64,000 bases of DNA from Candidatus Bathyarchaeota archaeon (GCA_963717465.1 OY970340.1:2880001-2944000); one strand, 5' to 3'; numbered from the stretch's first letter, positions 19,122 to 32,555 are shown. Notes: generated by a model from the sequence alone, not told the origin. A program made the numbers and translations.

Positions 19122-20401
19122 TTATTTTCCAAGGATTTTCATGAGTTTAGGCATTAACTCGTAACCGTGCTCTAAGACTCCTAAGCTTCCTTTTGCGCAT
19201 GCCTTTTCAGAGAATTTGGTCTGCGTTTTCACCTTTGATTTTGTCGCCTGAAATTAAGACTGGAACTGGCGTGTCACTGTGCACTTTTAAGTCGCAGGGA
19301 GTAGCGTGATCAGTTGTTACACAGATGACCGTGTCTTTTAGCGATATTTTTGGTAGGAGTTCTCCGAAGAAGTATTTGTCAATTGCTGAAATTACTTGAG
19401 TTTTTAGTTTACAGTTGCCATCATGCCCGGGCTCATCTGGACCTTTGAGGTGAATGTAGAAGGCGTCGTGTTTAGGTAACGCTTCAAGTAACTTTTCAAC
19501 CCTAACTTCGCAGTCTTTTTTAAGGTCACCAGTTGGTGGTGGAAGAAGAGTTGAATCCATTCCAGCTAATTTGGCTATGCCACGTTCAGCGTGCATGTCA
19601 GCTAAAGCTGCAAAATTAACGTTGTAACGCTTATTTATGTTGAAGAATTTTGGAAGGGTATCTGACGCGTCTCTTGTCAGAATAACGTTTGCTTTTAGTT
19701 TGCCTTCAGACGCTCGTTTCTTATTTATGGGGTGGTTTTCCCAGAGTTTGTGTGTTTTCTCAATGAACTCGTTCACTAATTCAGCTGAGACTTTGGCAGC
19801 TTCAGTATTCTCGAATGGCTCGCAGGTTTTAAGTTTCATTTCAACGTTTGACTGGGCTACTCCTAAACCATTAACTATGGCGTATGCTGGATCACTGTTT
19901 GTTATTTTGCTTGAAAGAGGCTTCTTTTTGCTTTTTATAACAACTACGGCACGATGTCCAATTGTTGGTTGAAAATCAAAAGTGGCAGGGTACGATTCAA
20001 GTTTCACTTCTTCATTAGCTGCCTTGCTTAATCCAATGGCTTCTTCGTGTAGACAAGCTTCTGGCTACTCGGCGATCAAGAATTTCTTTGCCTTTGCCTA
20101 AAGTCGCAAAATTGCATCTTAGGGCTAAATCGCCGTCTTTCATGCTTAAATCTGCACCAACGGCTTCGATGACTCCTCGGCCAGTGCTATATTTTAGAGG
20201 GTCATATCCTAAGAGTGAAATAACGGCTACATCACTTTCTGGAGCGATTCCTTTTCCAACGGAGTACATTAAGCCTATTTTTCCTGCTTTAGCTAGTGAA
20301 TCTATGTTTGGTGTTTCAGCGGCTTCAAGAGGAGTTTTATCTCCTAATGCTTTAATCGGTAAATCTCCCATGCCGTCTATTGCAACGTAGAGTAACTTCA
20401 A
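19122..20401 (-). CDS. apgM: 2,3-BPG-independent phosphoglycerate mutase, archaeal type (frameshifts near 20030 and 19215)
   Basis: IDGMGD..TPLEAAETPNID, PESDVA, GRGVIEA, ALRCNFAT, HLKGPDEPGHDG and TDHATP. Confidence 0.9.
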
Positions 20402-20562
20402 TTTTAGTTTTTCACCTTCAAATAAGAGCTAACTCGCTTATTGATTATTTTAATGTTTGTAAACTGTTATTTTGTGGAGAGAACTTTGCGAATCTCGTTT
20501 TGAGTATCTTGTGGTAAGCCACGCATCATTTTCTGCGTTTAGCCTCTACTGACTCGGTTTAA

Positions 20563-22014
20563 TCAAAGGCTTGCTAAAAACCCTGCGATCACATCTCTGA
20601 TAGATTGAATCAGAGGATACTTTACTTCTGTTGTGGTAAGATTCTCAAGCCGATCAACTCTAAAGTAAATAGGCGGATGCGGATCAAGTCCAAGCCATTC
20701 TTGAACCCGAAATGAGGGTGTTCTTTCGTTTAGTAAGCGTTGAAAACCTATTTTCTCAAGGCTTCCTGCCAAAACTTTAGGTTGGCCAATAACAGTTGCG
20801 GATATCAAATCCGCTCTTGCTTCGAAGAATTTTGCAATGAAGAATATCACTATCATAACACCCCAAAAATAAGCAAAGAACAAGAACGAAGCGAAGAGAA
20901 GCGGAAATAACGGTAATAGAACGTAAAACCTGAAAAGGAATTCGGCTGCGGTTAGGCCGTACAGGATAAGAGGGTCTCGCCCCCGAAGGTGGCCAAATTC
21001 ATGTCCTAAAACGCTTAGAATCTCATTTTCATCCAGCTGAACCAGAAGTCCAGTAGTTATCAAAACTAATCCCCTATTTGGGCTAGGTCCGGATGCAGCA
21101 GCATTGGGAACCATGGTATTTGCTACGACAATCTTGGGTGTTGGAAAATGGAATTTGTCAGAGATTTTTTTAACTAATTCGTAAACGTTTACTTTTTTGA
21201 TTGTTAAATTTTCTAATTGGCATGGCACGCCGTGTTTAGTAAAGAGTTCGTGCGCTTTTTGAGAATCGATTTCTCCGTGACCTGCTATTACTGCATTGTA
21301 TATTTCCTGTTTAATTGAAATTAATTGTTCTCGACTGTAAGTTTTTTTGAATTCAGCTATGTTTTCCGCTATTGGCAAATAGAATTCAAGTAAATGGATT
21401 GTTGGATTTGACTCAGTTATTTCCCAGTCTGCTGATCTGCCTATGAACTTGTTAGCGTAGAATACGAAAACAAATTGTATTCCGATAAGAATCAAGGGTG
21501 CAACCCAGAATGATGCTGGATAAATTGTAGCGAGCACGATGAAGATTAATGTTCCAAAAATGATGAAAATTGCGAAAAATAGAATTTGAGTTTCAAGAAA
21601 GAAACGATTCAATGATTTCTCAGGTTTTTTGAATGCTTCTGGGATTATTTTTTCTCCTTCTCTCCAAGTGCAATACATCGTTGCTTTCCTTGCGTTTTCT
21701 TCAAACATTTGTAGAGCAATTACAATGTCTTGTTTTGCTTCATCAATCATGGTTTTGGTGACTGACGCATCAAGCGGAGTGACTTTTGCTTCTATTGGCT
21801 TTTGGTTTTTAACTTCAACTTGGAGCAACTGTTTTCCTTGCGTATTGATTATATTATAGATTAAAGAGTCAACTTCATTGGTTTTTTGGCGAGAAAAACT
21901 CGTGAACCGCAAGTTTTGAGGGAGCAAATAATGATTGTAGAAGTAGTCTAGAAATTTTTCTACGTAACCAGATGGAACATTAATTCTAAGCTGAAAAAAA
22001 GTAGACTCGCCCAT
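20563..22014 (-). CDS. M48/HtpX-family membrane zinc protease with long N-terminal extension (paralog 1)
   Basis: PNAAASG, LGHEFGHL, FEARAD, HPPIYFR and transmembrane segments. Confidence 0.88.
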   Translation of the reverse strand: MGESTFFQLRINVPSGYVEKFLDYFYNHYLLPQNLRFTSFSRQKTNEVDSLIYNIINTQGKQLLQVEVKNQKPIEAKVTPLDASVTKTMIDEAKQDIVIALQMFEENARKATMYCTWREGEKIIPEAFKKPEKSLNRFFLETQILFFAIFIIFGTLIFIVLATIYPASFWVAPLILIGIQFVFVFYANKFIGRSADWEITESNPTIHLLEFYLPIAENIAEFKKTYSREQLISIKQEIYNAVIAGHGEIDSQKAHELFTKHGVPCQLENLTIKKVNVYELVKKISDKFHFPTPKIVVANTMVPNAAASGPSPNRGLVLITTGLLVQLDENEILSVLGHEFGHLRGRDPLILYGLTAAEFLFRFYVLLPLFPLLFASFLFFAYFWGVMIVIFFIAKFFEARADLISATVIGQPKVLAGSLEKIGFQRLLNERTPSFRVQEWLGLDPHPPIYFRVDRLENLTTTEVKYPLIQSIRDVIAGFLASL

Positions 22015-22253
22015 AATTTTTTCAAAACCTTAAATCGTAAAAAACAGTGAAACAGCTACTGCTACTCATAGCTGCACATACAGACTATTATTAATCCTTA
22101 TTATAACCATTGAGGTGACGACTGAGCGCCTAAAAGGGCGAGCACTTTCTGCCTTGTTTCATCCAATGAGAACTCTTTTGGCAGGATTTGTTTTCTCTCA
22201 TTTTTGATTGTAAATCTATAAATAGCGTTTGCTTATAAACAGTTAAGTAATTA

Positions 22254-23511
22254 ATGGTGACGTTTTTGAGAATCGCATTTTTCGTTTGGGAGTACCCTCC
22301 ACTGCTAGTGGGTGGATTGGGAACTTACGCCGAGTATATAACGCATGAACTGGTTGAACTTGGTCACGACGTTACAGTCTTCACATTGAACAATAATGGT
22401 TTAAAGACGCATGAAATAATGCGCGGTGTAGAAGTGCATAGGCCGCAAATAGCTGATGCAAGTAACGTTTGGCCCTTCTTTGTAATTGATGATTTGAAGA
22501 AGTGGGGTACTAACCTTAAACTTTTCAACGATATTTTCATCTATAATATTTTGAGCTCAACAAAATTCATAAACGGGTTGATTAAAAAAGAGAAATATAA
22601 ATTTGATGTTGCTTGCGTTCACGATTGGCTAAGCAGCATTACAGGATTAATTATAAAAAACGAAATTGACATTCCAGTGATTTTTCACGTTCACAGTACT
22701 GAATGGGGCAGAAGTGGCGGCCAAGGATCAGAAGTTGTTTCACATTTCGAGCGGTCTATGGCTCAAAATGCAGATAGAATAATAACCGTTAGTTACGCAA
22801 TGCAGGAAGACCTTGTAAAACACGGTTGGCCTCAATCAAAAATTAGCGTTGTTTGGAACGGTGTTGATGCAAAAACGTACGATCCAATTAAGGTCAGCAA
22901 GGAAGATGTCGCCGCTATTCGCAAAAAGTATGGATATTGCCAACGATTGCAATATGCTGCTTTTTGTAGGGCGACTTACATGGGTTAAAGGCGTTCGGAA
23001 CATTCTTCAAGCGATGCCGCTAGTTCTTAAAGAGTACCCTAATACTAAACTTGTCATTTTAGGCAAAGGAGAAGAGCAAGCGGATATTGTGCAAACGTCT
23101 GAGCGCTTAAACATTAAGGATAACGTTGTTTACCGCTTTGACTTTGTCTCCGAAAAAGAGCGAATTCTCCATTATGCAGCTGCTGACGCATGTGTTTTTC
23201 CTTCAATTTACGAGCCCTTCGGAATTGTAAGTTTAGAGGCGATGGCTATGGAGAAACCCATAGTGGTCGGCGCCAGAGGAGTTGTAGGCTTCAAGGAGCA
23301 AGTGGTAAGTTCAGGCCCTGACCAAAGTGGCGTGCATGTTAACGGTGATGACCCAGCAGATATTGCGTGGGGCATAATGCAGATACTTCGAAACCCAGAA
23401 AAAGCTAGAAACTGGGGTGAGAACGGACGAAAAAGAGTGCTGGAGTATTTTACTTGGAATAAAGTGGCTCAGGAAACAGTGAGAATTTATGAGTCACTAT
23501 TGAAAGTTTAA
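22254..23511 (+). CDS. GT4-family glycosyltransferase (one frameshift near 22925-22935)
   Basis: WEYPP..VGGLG, HDWL, HSTEWGR, NGVD, FVGRL..KG and PSIYEPFGIVSLEAMA. Confidence 0.9.
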
Positions 23512-24473
23512 GTTGAAAGCATATCTGCGATTTCGAGCATTTTTAAATCGAGGGTTTTTTGTTTTTCAGCGGCCTCTTTTAGATCAATGCTTGTGATCGC
23601 TCCTTTCTGCAGCACCACGGCTCTGTTGCCTTTTTCTTCGCAAATAAGTTCAACTGCTTTGTTAGCGAATAAACTGGCAAGTAAACGGCTGCGTGCTGTT
23701 GGGCTTCCACCGCGTTGAGCGTAACCGAGAATGGATAGTCTAACTTCTGATGCGGTTTGTTGTTGAAGGTCCTGTGCAATTTTGCTCGTGTCACCAACAC
23801 CTTCTGCTGCGACTATTACTCCTGCTCTTTTTCCTTTCTTGGCGTTGGTATCCATTATGCGGATTATGTCTTGAAGTTTAAGCGGATTTTCAGGAATCAG
23901 AATTATTTCTGCTCCAACCGATATGCCCACTTGCAAGGCTAAGAACCCGCGTTTTCTACCCATAACCTCCACGATAAATATGCGTTCATGAGAGATCGCT
24001 GTATCTCTGATTTTGTCTATGGCTTGCACCGCCGTGTTAACAGCTGTGTCAAACCCTATCGTTTCATCTGTTCCGTAAACATCATTGTCAATTGTCGCTG
24101 GAACCCCAATCATTAAGGCGTTACTTTTCTTGCTTAGATCTAAGGCACCTTTAAATGAGCCATCACCACCGATAACTACCAAGCTGTCAACATTATTCCT
24201 GCGAAGAACTTCTGCTGCGCGTACGATGCCTTCTTCTGTTTCGAAAGCTTTGCATCGAAGCGTATGAAGCATTGTGCCGCCTAACTGTATGATTCCGCCT
24301 ACGTTGCGAGGGGTCAACTTCATGAACGAGTCAGTTAATAATCCATCCCAGCCGCGCTGGAAACCAAGCACTTGATGACCTTTCGCATGGCCAATCCTTG
24401 TGACGGCGCGGATAGCCGCATTCATCCCCGGAGCATCGCCACCTGAAGTAACTATTCCAATCGTCTTTGCCAA
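23508..24473 (-). CDS. pfkA: Bacterial-type ATP-dependent 6-phosphofructokinase (PfkA family)
   Basis: TSGGDAPGMNAAIRAV, GGDGS, PATIDND, GFDTA, VEVMGR and LGYAQRGG. Confidence 0.95.
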   Translation of the reverse strand: MAKTIGIVTSGGDAPGMNAAIRAVTRIGHAKGHQVLGFQRGWDGLLTDSFMKLTPRNVGGIIQLGGTMLHTLRCKAFETEEGIVRAAEVLRRNNVDSLVVIGGDGSFKGALDLSKKSNALMIGVPATIDNDVYGTDETIGFDTAVNTAVQAIDKIRDTAISHERIFIVEVMGRKRGFLALQVGISVGAEIILIPENPLKLQDIIRIMDTNAKKGKRAGVIVAAEGVGDTSKIAQDLQQQTASEVRLSILGYAQRGGSPTARSRLLASLFANKAVELICEEKGNRAVVLQKGAITSIDLKEAAEKQKTLDLKMLEIADMLST

Positions 24474-24635
24474 CCAGCAAAACCTCTATGCATTTCTAAA
24501 GGCGTATTTAGCTTTTGAAATAAAAACCTATCTCAAATACCATTAACCGGAAGGAGAATCGCTTTTAAGGCATCTGTTTTTGGTGTTAAAATCCAAAACA
24601 CATAAATTCTTTCAATCAACCTTAACTGTTTTTGT

Positions 24636-24789
24636 CGGGAGGTAGCTCAGCCTGGCAGAGCTCTCGAGTCTGCTAACAAGCTTAGCTGATGGAGACGCTG
24701 TAGAGGTCTACCCACGGTGGGCTTCATTCTAGCCTGCACAGGCCACAGTAACCGAGCCGTCGCAGGTTCAAATCCTGCTCTCCCGACCA
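24636..24789 (+). tRNA. trnY: tRNA-Tyr(GUA) with two BHB introns (24667-24696 at 30/31; 24704-24750 at 37/38) and encoded CCA
   Basis: Acceptor stem CGGGAGG/UCUCCCG with C1:G72 and A73 (archaeal Tyr identity). D-arm GCUC..GAGC; T-arm GCAGG-UUCAAAU-CCUGC. Removing both introns gives CUCGG-CUGUAGA-CCGAG. Confidence 0.9.
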
Positions 24790-24869
24790 TATAAAATGAA
24801 ATTAATAACCTGCTCGCTCCATCATGAATTAGGGTTTAGACATTAACGATTAATTTGTTATGTTTGTTT

Positions 24870-25640
24870 TCACAGGTGCTCAAAATAGCTCAGCGCCAGT
24901 TCTATAAGGCAAGAACTGTTTGACCAGATCGCAGATAATTGTGAGTATTCAAGCTTAGGCGTAGTTGTAAGTATTATTATCTCTTTTCTGTCAAAGATTG
25001 CAAAGCAAAGAGATGGTGGTGAGTGAAGGTATTTGATTTGGAAAGAAGGGCTTTTTCGAAGGTTGCGGATTTCTTTTGCTTCAAGGGCTCCTGCAAAGTC
25101 TTCTGTTTTAAGTAGAAAGATTACTTTTCTGCTTAGGGTTTCTTGGATGGTTTCAGAGATAGATTGTTCGCATTGTAGGAAGTTCTTCTTAGGACACAGA
25201 ACGCAAATTTGTTCCTTAGAATTCTCCATAATCTTCTGAAGCTTGGTCGTAATTGCATTTCCGCCAAGTATCAGGGTTAATTGACTCTCTTCCGAGTACT
25301 TAGTGTTCAGGTTCTTTTCTCTCAAAAGCTCAATTAACGCATTTCCTCTTTTGCCCAACTGTAAAGTTTCTTTGTTCCTTCTAAGCATCAGCATATTTAC
25401 AGTGTCCGCTATAGGTAGAGGCTTGTACTTTGTAGGAAACATAACTATTTTTTCGACCATCCCAAGTTCTTGCAAATCTGATAGTGCCCGATAGGTGTCA
25501 GGTCGGGCAACATTTGAAAACTTTGCGACCTCTTTTACCGATGTAGTTCCGAGTTCCAGCAATGCAAGATATGATCTGGCTTGTGATCTTGTGAGCCCGA
25601 AATCCATCATTATTTTGATGTTCTCATCGATTTTATTCAA
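24870..25640 (-). CDS. TrmB-family transcriptional regulator
   Basis: FGLTRSQARSYLALL..VARPDTYRALSDLQELGMV HTH, followed by a C-terminal PLD-like effector domain (AIFDRKEII..AIWSN). Confidence 0.88.
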   Translation of the reverse strand: MNKIDENIKIMMDFGLTRSQARSYLALLELGTTSVKEVAKFSNVARPDTYRALSDLQELGMVEKIVMFPTKYKPLPIADTVNMLMLRRNKETLQLGKRGNALIELLREKNLNTKYSEESQLTLILGGNAITTKLQKIMENSKEQICVLCPKKNFLQCEQSISETIQETLSRKVIFLLKTEDFAGALEAKEIRNLRKSPSFQIKYLHSPPSLCFAIFDRKEIIILTTTPKLEYSQLSAIWSNSSCLIELALSYFEHL

Positions 25641-25815
25641 CTAGGATTAGTTCTCCGTCAGCGTTATTCTGCTTCTTCGCATATTAAGTATATTATATCT
25701 TACGATATATTATAATTATTTAAACCGTCCTCCAAGTTTTGACTTTTTGTGGAAGAATCTCCACCAACAACACCTTATAACCTAAAGAAAAAATAAACGA
25801 CAAGGTGACAACACC

Positions 25816-26679
25816 ATGGCTACTGAGGCGACAAAAAAAGAAAATGGATCCCAGTTGAATGCAGAAAAAAATCAAAGTTTTTCGAAAGTTTTGCTTGTAG
25901 ATGATGACCACGTTTTTTTGAACATATCGAAGGAAATTCTGGAAATGGATGAAAGATTTAAGATTGAAACTGCCACTTCAATCGATGAGGCTTTTAAGAA
26001 GCTCAATCAAACTCATTACGATGTAGTCGTTTCAGACTATGAGATGCCTAGAAAAAATGGCTTGCAGTTTCTTGAAGAACTGAAGAAAAGTGCAAGCAAC
26101 CTCCCTTTCATACTTTTCACTGGCAAAGGAAGAGAGGAAGTGGCGGCCAAGGCGCTGAATCTGGGCGCGTTCAGGTACCTAAACAAGCACGGCGATCCCG
26201 AAACAGTCTACACGGAACTCTCATCATGCATCCAACAAGCTGCAGACCACACAAAAGCGCAAAACCTAATACGCGAGAGTGAAGAACGCTTTCACACACT
26301 CTTTGAAGCATCAAGCGACGCCATCATCGTAATAGATGATGAGGGAATAATAACAGACCTGAACGAGGCTGCTTCGCAAATGTTCAAGTGCACCAAGGAC
26401 ATGATTGGGCAAGGCTTCTTTGAACGTTTCAACGGGAAATTTCCAAAAGCCTCAAAACAAATGGTACTTGAAGGAATCAAGAAATTTGCTGCTGACAACA
26501 AAGGAAAAACTGCCGGAAAGACGATTCAACTGTCTCTTCAACAGGGTACTGACGCAGAGAAGACTATAGAGGTACATGCATCAGTCTTCAAACAAAATAG
26601 TCGCCTATACTCTTTAGCTATAATTCGCGACATAACGGAGCATATAAGAAATCAAAACGAGAAGAAAACAAAAAATTAG
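25816..26679 (+). CDS. Receiver (REC) + PAS domain signalling protein
   Basis: VLLVDDD, VVSDYEMP (phospho-Asp), FTGKG and YLNK; then ESEERFHTLFEASSDAI..IIRDITE (PAS). Confidence 0.9.
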   Translation: MATEATKKENGSQLNAEKNQSFSKVLLVDDDHVFLNISKEILEMDERFKIETATSIDEAFKKLNQTHYDVVVSDYEMPRKNGLQFLEELKKSASNLPFILFTGKGREEVAAKALNLGAFRYLNKHGDPETVYTELSSCIQQAADHTKAQNLIRESEERFHTLFEASSDAIIVIDDEGIITDLNEAASQMFKCTKDMIGQGFFERFNGKFPKASKQMVLEGIKKFAADNKGKTAGKTIQLSLQQGTDAEKTIEVHASVFKQNSRLYSLAIIRDITEHIRNQNEKKTKN

Positions 26680-26854
26680 AGACACCCGTTAAAATTCGCG
26701 TCTTTAGACCTATTCGCCCTCCAAGTTTAAACAAAGCAGTGGTAAAGTCTAAAGCTTAAGCACTGCCAACAAAATAGCTCCGAATTAACAGAAAGCTGTC
26801 AATCGTGTTTTGCGAGCCTGAACGCGAGTTTATGCGGGTGATATCTCCACTCCA

Positions 26855-26884
26855 GCGGGGGTTCAAATCCCACCCCCTGAAACA
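26855..26884 (+). pseudogene. Degenerate tRNA 3' fragment (T-arm plus acceptor strand, Leu-like)
   Basis: gcggggGTTCAAATCccaccccctgaaaca resembles an archaeal tRNA 3' end. I could not fold a matching 5' acceptor strand. Confidence 0.5.
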
Positions 26885-26905
26885 ATATAAGCAAAACGCC
26901 TGCCT

Positions 26906-27280
26906 TTAATCTCGCCGTGCCAACCTCTTCTTCATGCATTCTTCACAAAAATTGTTCTTGAACCTTCTTTTACGTCTGGGCTGAAATAACTTTCCACAAC
27001 CACTGCACTTTATTTGATTAACCTGTTTGGACTCAAGCAGTCTTAGTCTTCGCTCTATCTCAACTCTAACCTCAGAATCATCAACTGTTTTCAAAGCAGC
27101 AGTTAACAAAAGCTTCGCCTGTTCAACACTATTTTCACCAAAAACTCTTCCAAAACCAGTCTCACTCTTCCCTTTTCGAACTTCCATTGGCAACATGCAA
27201 ACAAAATTTGAAGGATAACTCTTAGACTTGCACATATCAATTACCGCAAAGCAAATGCGATTCCTTTGAGAATAATCCAA
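26906..27280 (-). CDS. Hypothetical protein with C-terminal zinc ribbon
   Basis: CSGC-x13-FCEEC; GGAGG upstream of the TTG start. Confidence 0.7.
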   Translation of the reverse strand: MDYSQRNRICFAVIDMCKSKSYPSNFVCMLPMEVRKGKSETGFGRVFGENSVEQAKLLLTAALKTVDDSEVRVEIERRLRLLESKQVNQIKCSGCGKLFQPRRKRRFKNNFCEECMKKRLARRD

Positions 27281-27843
27281 AAATCCTCCCGCTTAATAAT
27301 ATGCAACTTAAAGTCCATTTCAATCAACGCTTAGAACTAAAAGAATAAAGAGTGCAACCTAATAATTGTAACCTATTGATTTTTCAAAAAATATATTGTC
27401 TGGTTTGAAACTTGTTACTCGAATCTTACCACAAATTGAAGTTGGTAACTTGTTCGGCATGCACATTAGCCTTAGGCAGCATAAAAAAAAGAAGCAAATG
27501 TGGCATTTATCGACAGCAGATAAAACCACCACGAATAGGCTTTCCGCGACATCACAAGAATAACCTTAGAACCGAGAAAAGGAAAAGCTTCGCCTTGTTA
27601 AAAACAAGAATTGATTAACAAAAACATGTCAATTGTGTCTTGACGGTTTAAACGACGATGCGTCACTAGCTCTCCCGATCACATAGTCAAAAAAGCATTT
27701 TGGCACTTAACCTTTAAATTAATCCTATTTGCCTTAAATTCTCGTCACTTTGAAAAATAATTTGAATTTTGGGAATAATTACACGTCACATCAGATTAGC
27801 ATTGCTTTGAAAGTGTAATATTGGATGCTCTTTTTTTATTTAC

Positions 27844-28461
27844 TTACCTCAACTCGAATCCAACTATGAATATAGCGGCCTGCGGGTTAGTGAGATCAAT
27901 CGTATCCTTGAATTGTTCTTTCAAGAAATTGAAAACTGGCGCTGAGGGTATAGAAACAAAGTGATCTTTTATCTTCTCGATTCTTGCTAACTGCTCGTTT
28001 TTGATGCCTTTGAAAAGGAAATAAGTCTTGCCGCTGCAAAAAGTCGCACGGTTGATTCTCGCGCTTCGCTTCATTACAAGAAAATCGCTCAGCACAACGT
28101 ATCCCTTGTCCTGCTTGTACTTGTCGATAACAATCGGGTCTTGCGTGCCAAAGCCAACTACCTCGTCATCGTTAATCAGCTGCATCAACTCCGATTTCAG
28201 ATCATTGGTCAATTTAAAACTGGCGTCAACAAAGATTCCAAACACCTTACTGTAACTCAATGACTTTTTCAAACCTTCGTTTCTTCCACGGCCTATGCCA
28301 CCTAAAATGTGCTGCATCGCCTCTTCCTCAATACAGGATAGGGTATTGCACTGTGCAGAGGTTAATTCGGCAACGCCTATAACGCCCTTGATATTCTCCA
28401 TTTGAGATTTGACGCCTCTTACTGTATCCCTCTCGTTGATGTTTGCATCATTTATCGGCAT
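27844..28461 (-). CDS. Hypothetical protein
   Basis: 205-aa ORF with GAGG upstream of the ATG; no recognisable motif. Confidence 0.7.
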   Translation of the reverse strand: MPINDANINERDTVRGVKSQMENIKGVIGVAELTSAQCNTLSCIEEEAMQHILGGIGRGRNEGLKKSLSYSKVFGIFVDASFKLTNDLKSELMQLINDDEVVGFGTQDPIVIDKYKQDKGYVVLSDFLVMKRSARINRATFCSGKTYFLFKGIKNEQLARIEKIKDHFVSIPSAPVFNFLKEQFKDTIDLTNPQAAIFIVGFELR

Positions 28462-28636
28462 TTCAGTTGCCTCGACAAGAACAACAAGAACAATGGCTAT
28501 AGAAGTCTCTTAACCTTTCTGGGGTAACATCAACATAGCGATAGAATTCAAAAGATTACCAAAAATTAGGATTTATTTTAATCCCATGGATTTGCAGAAA
28601 AAAGGGAAAAAACGAGCGAGACGAACAGCGCGATGA

Positions 28637-30853
<2,217 letters not shown>

Positions 30854-31121
30854 TTAAATGTTAAGTTTCAACGGCTTGAATGCCCGATTGGAGAAAAGAA
30901 ATCGAAGATTATTATTCAATAAACCTTTGACTTAGAACTGAACAAAGAACAATTCATCCTTAAAAACAGGTTTTGCAGGTGGTATTCCCCCATGACCTGA
31001 GCACAAATTTAAACGATCGTTGATTTGATTTTACCTTAACATTTAGCTATAAATTGTGTAAAGTTGGATTGAATGGCTATGCGAAGCTTACTCTTCCGGT
31101 CATAAAGTTTGAAAAGAATTA

Positions 31122-32555
31122 TCATACAAGGCTTCTAAGGAAACCTATTATTACATCTCTGCCTGATTGAATAAGTGGATGGTCTATCTTAGCATTGGGC
31201 TCTAGTTGGCGTAGTCTTGCGATTCTGAAGTATATGGGTGGATGTGGATCCATGCCTATCCATTCTTCTAAGCGGAAAAGTGGCATACGCTCATAAAGCA
31301 GTCTTTGGAAACCGATTTTTTCTAAAGCTGATGCTAACACTTGCGGTTTACCAATCACAATAGCTGAGATTAAGTCAGCTCTTGCTTCAAAGAACTTGGC
31401 TACGAAATATGTTAGAGTTGTAATTGCCCACAGGTAAATGAAAAGTAAAATGATGTTGCTTGTTGGGTACAAGCCGAAAATTACGTAGAACCAGAATAGA
31501 TATTGCACCGCTGACAACCCGTACAGCCACAGTGGATCACGTCCTTTAAGGTGACCAAATTCATGCCCCAAAACACTCAAGATTTCCTCCTCATCAAGTT
31601 GCAAAAACGTTCCTGTAGTTATCAAAACGATTCCTCGACTTGGACTGGGCCCAGAAGCCGCTGCGTTGGGAAGCAACGTGTTTGACACTATTATCTCAGG
31701 AACTTTATAGCCGAATTTGTCAGCAGTTTTCTTTACAATTTCGTAAACGTTAACTTTTCGCGCAATAAGATTCTCACTTTTACAATCAATTCCGTATTTT
31801 TGGAATATATCATGGGCATTTTGACAGTTCAGTTCTCCATTTTGAGCTATCGTCTTTTCATAGATTTCCTTCTTCAGTCGGACCATGTAATCCTTAGGAA
31901 TTTTTCTAATTGGTTCATTATCTTCTGGAGATAATGGAAACTGCAGAATGTGAATGAACGGATTTTTCTCGTTGATGTGCCAATCAGCGGACCTAGCAAT
32001 GATTTTGTTCGAATAGAAAACAAAAACAAACTGTACTGCAAGCAAAATAATTGGCACCAGCGGTGCCCCTATTATGAAGAATAAAAAGATGCCTACAGTC
32101 ATAAAGAGAGCTATTAGAAGAATCTGAGTTTCCAAGAAAATTCGTCGAAGAGACTTGTTTTCTTTTCCTGAAATGGCTTCAGGCACAACTGACTCGCCTT
32201 CTCTCCAAGCGAAGAACAAACTGTTTTTTCGAACCTGCTGCTCGAACATGTCTATGGCTACGACAATATCCTCCTTTGCTTCCAAAATCTGGGCTTCAGA
32301 GGTATCTGCAAGCGGCTCAACAACTACATTGATGGGTTCTGCACCAGAAATGCTAACGCGTAATTTCCTCGCTTTTGATGAACTCAAGACTGAATATTGT
32401 ATAGAAAAGGCTCCTGGCGACGTATTACGCGAAATGTCGTCAAACCTTAGATTCTGCGGAAGCAAAAAGCCACGGTAAATGAACTCATATAAGTTGCCTA
32501 TGTAACTCTGCGGTACTTCAGGAACTATACTGTAAGAACGAGTTTGGGCAGTCAC
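31122..32555 (-). CDS. M48/HtpX-family membrane zinc protease with long N-terminal extension (paralog 2)
   Basis: LGHEFGHL, FEARAD and HPPIYFR; colinear with 20563-22014. Confidence 0.88.
   Translation of the reverse strand: MTAQTRSYSIVPEVPQSYIGNLYEFIYRGFLLPQNLRFDDISRNTSPGAFSIQYSVLSSSKARKLRVSISGAEPINVVVEPLADTSEAQILEAKEDIVVAIDMFEQQVRKNSLFFAWREGESVVPEAISGKENKSLRRIFLETQILLIALFMTVGIFLFFIIGAPLVPIILLAVQFVFVFYSNKIIARSADWHINEKNPFIHILQFPLSPEDNEPIRKIPKDYMVRLKKEIYEKTIAQNGELNCQNAHDIFQKYGIDCKSENLIARKVNVYEIVKKTADKFGYKVPEIIVSNTLLPNAAASGPSPSRGIVLITTGTFLQLDEEEILSVLGHEFGHLKGRDPLWLYGLSAVQYLFWFYVIFGLYPTSNIILLFIYLWAITTLTYFVAKFFEARADLISAIVIGKPQVLASALEKIGFQRLLYERMPLFRLEEWIGMDPHPPIYFRIARLRQLEPNAKIDHPLIQSGRDVIIGFLRSLV

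Noticed and set aside
26736..26767. gcagtg..cactgc hairpin as a riboswitch or tRNA half
   Set aside because: The stem is short, and I could not match it to any riboswitch consensus or tRNA arm.
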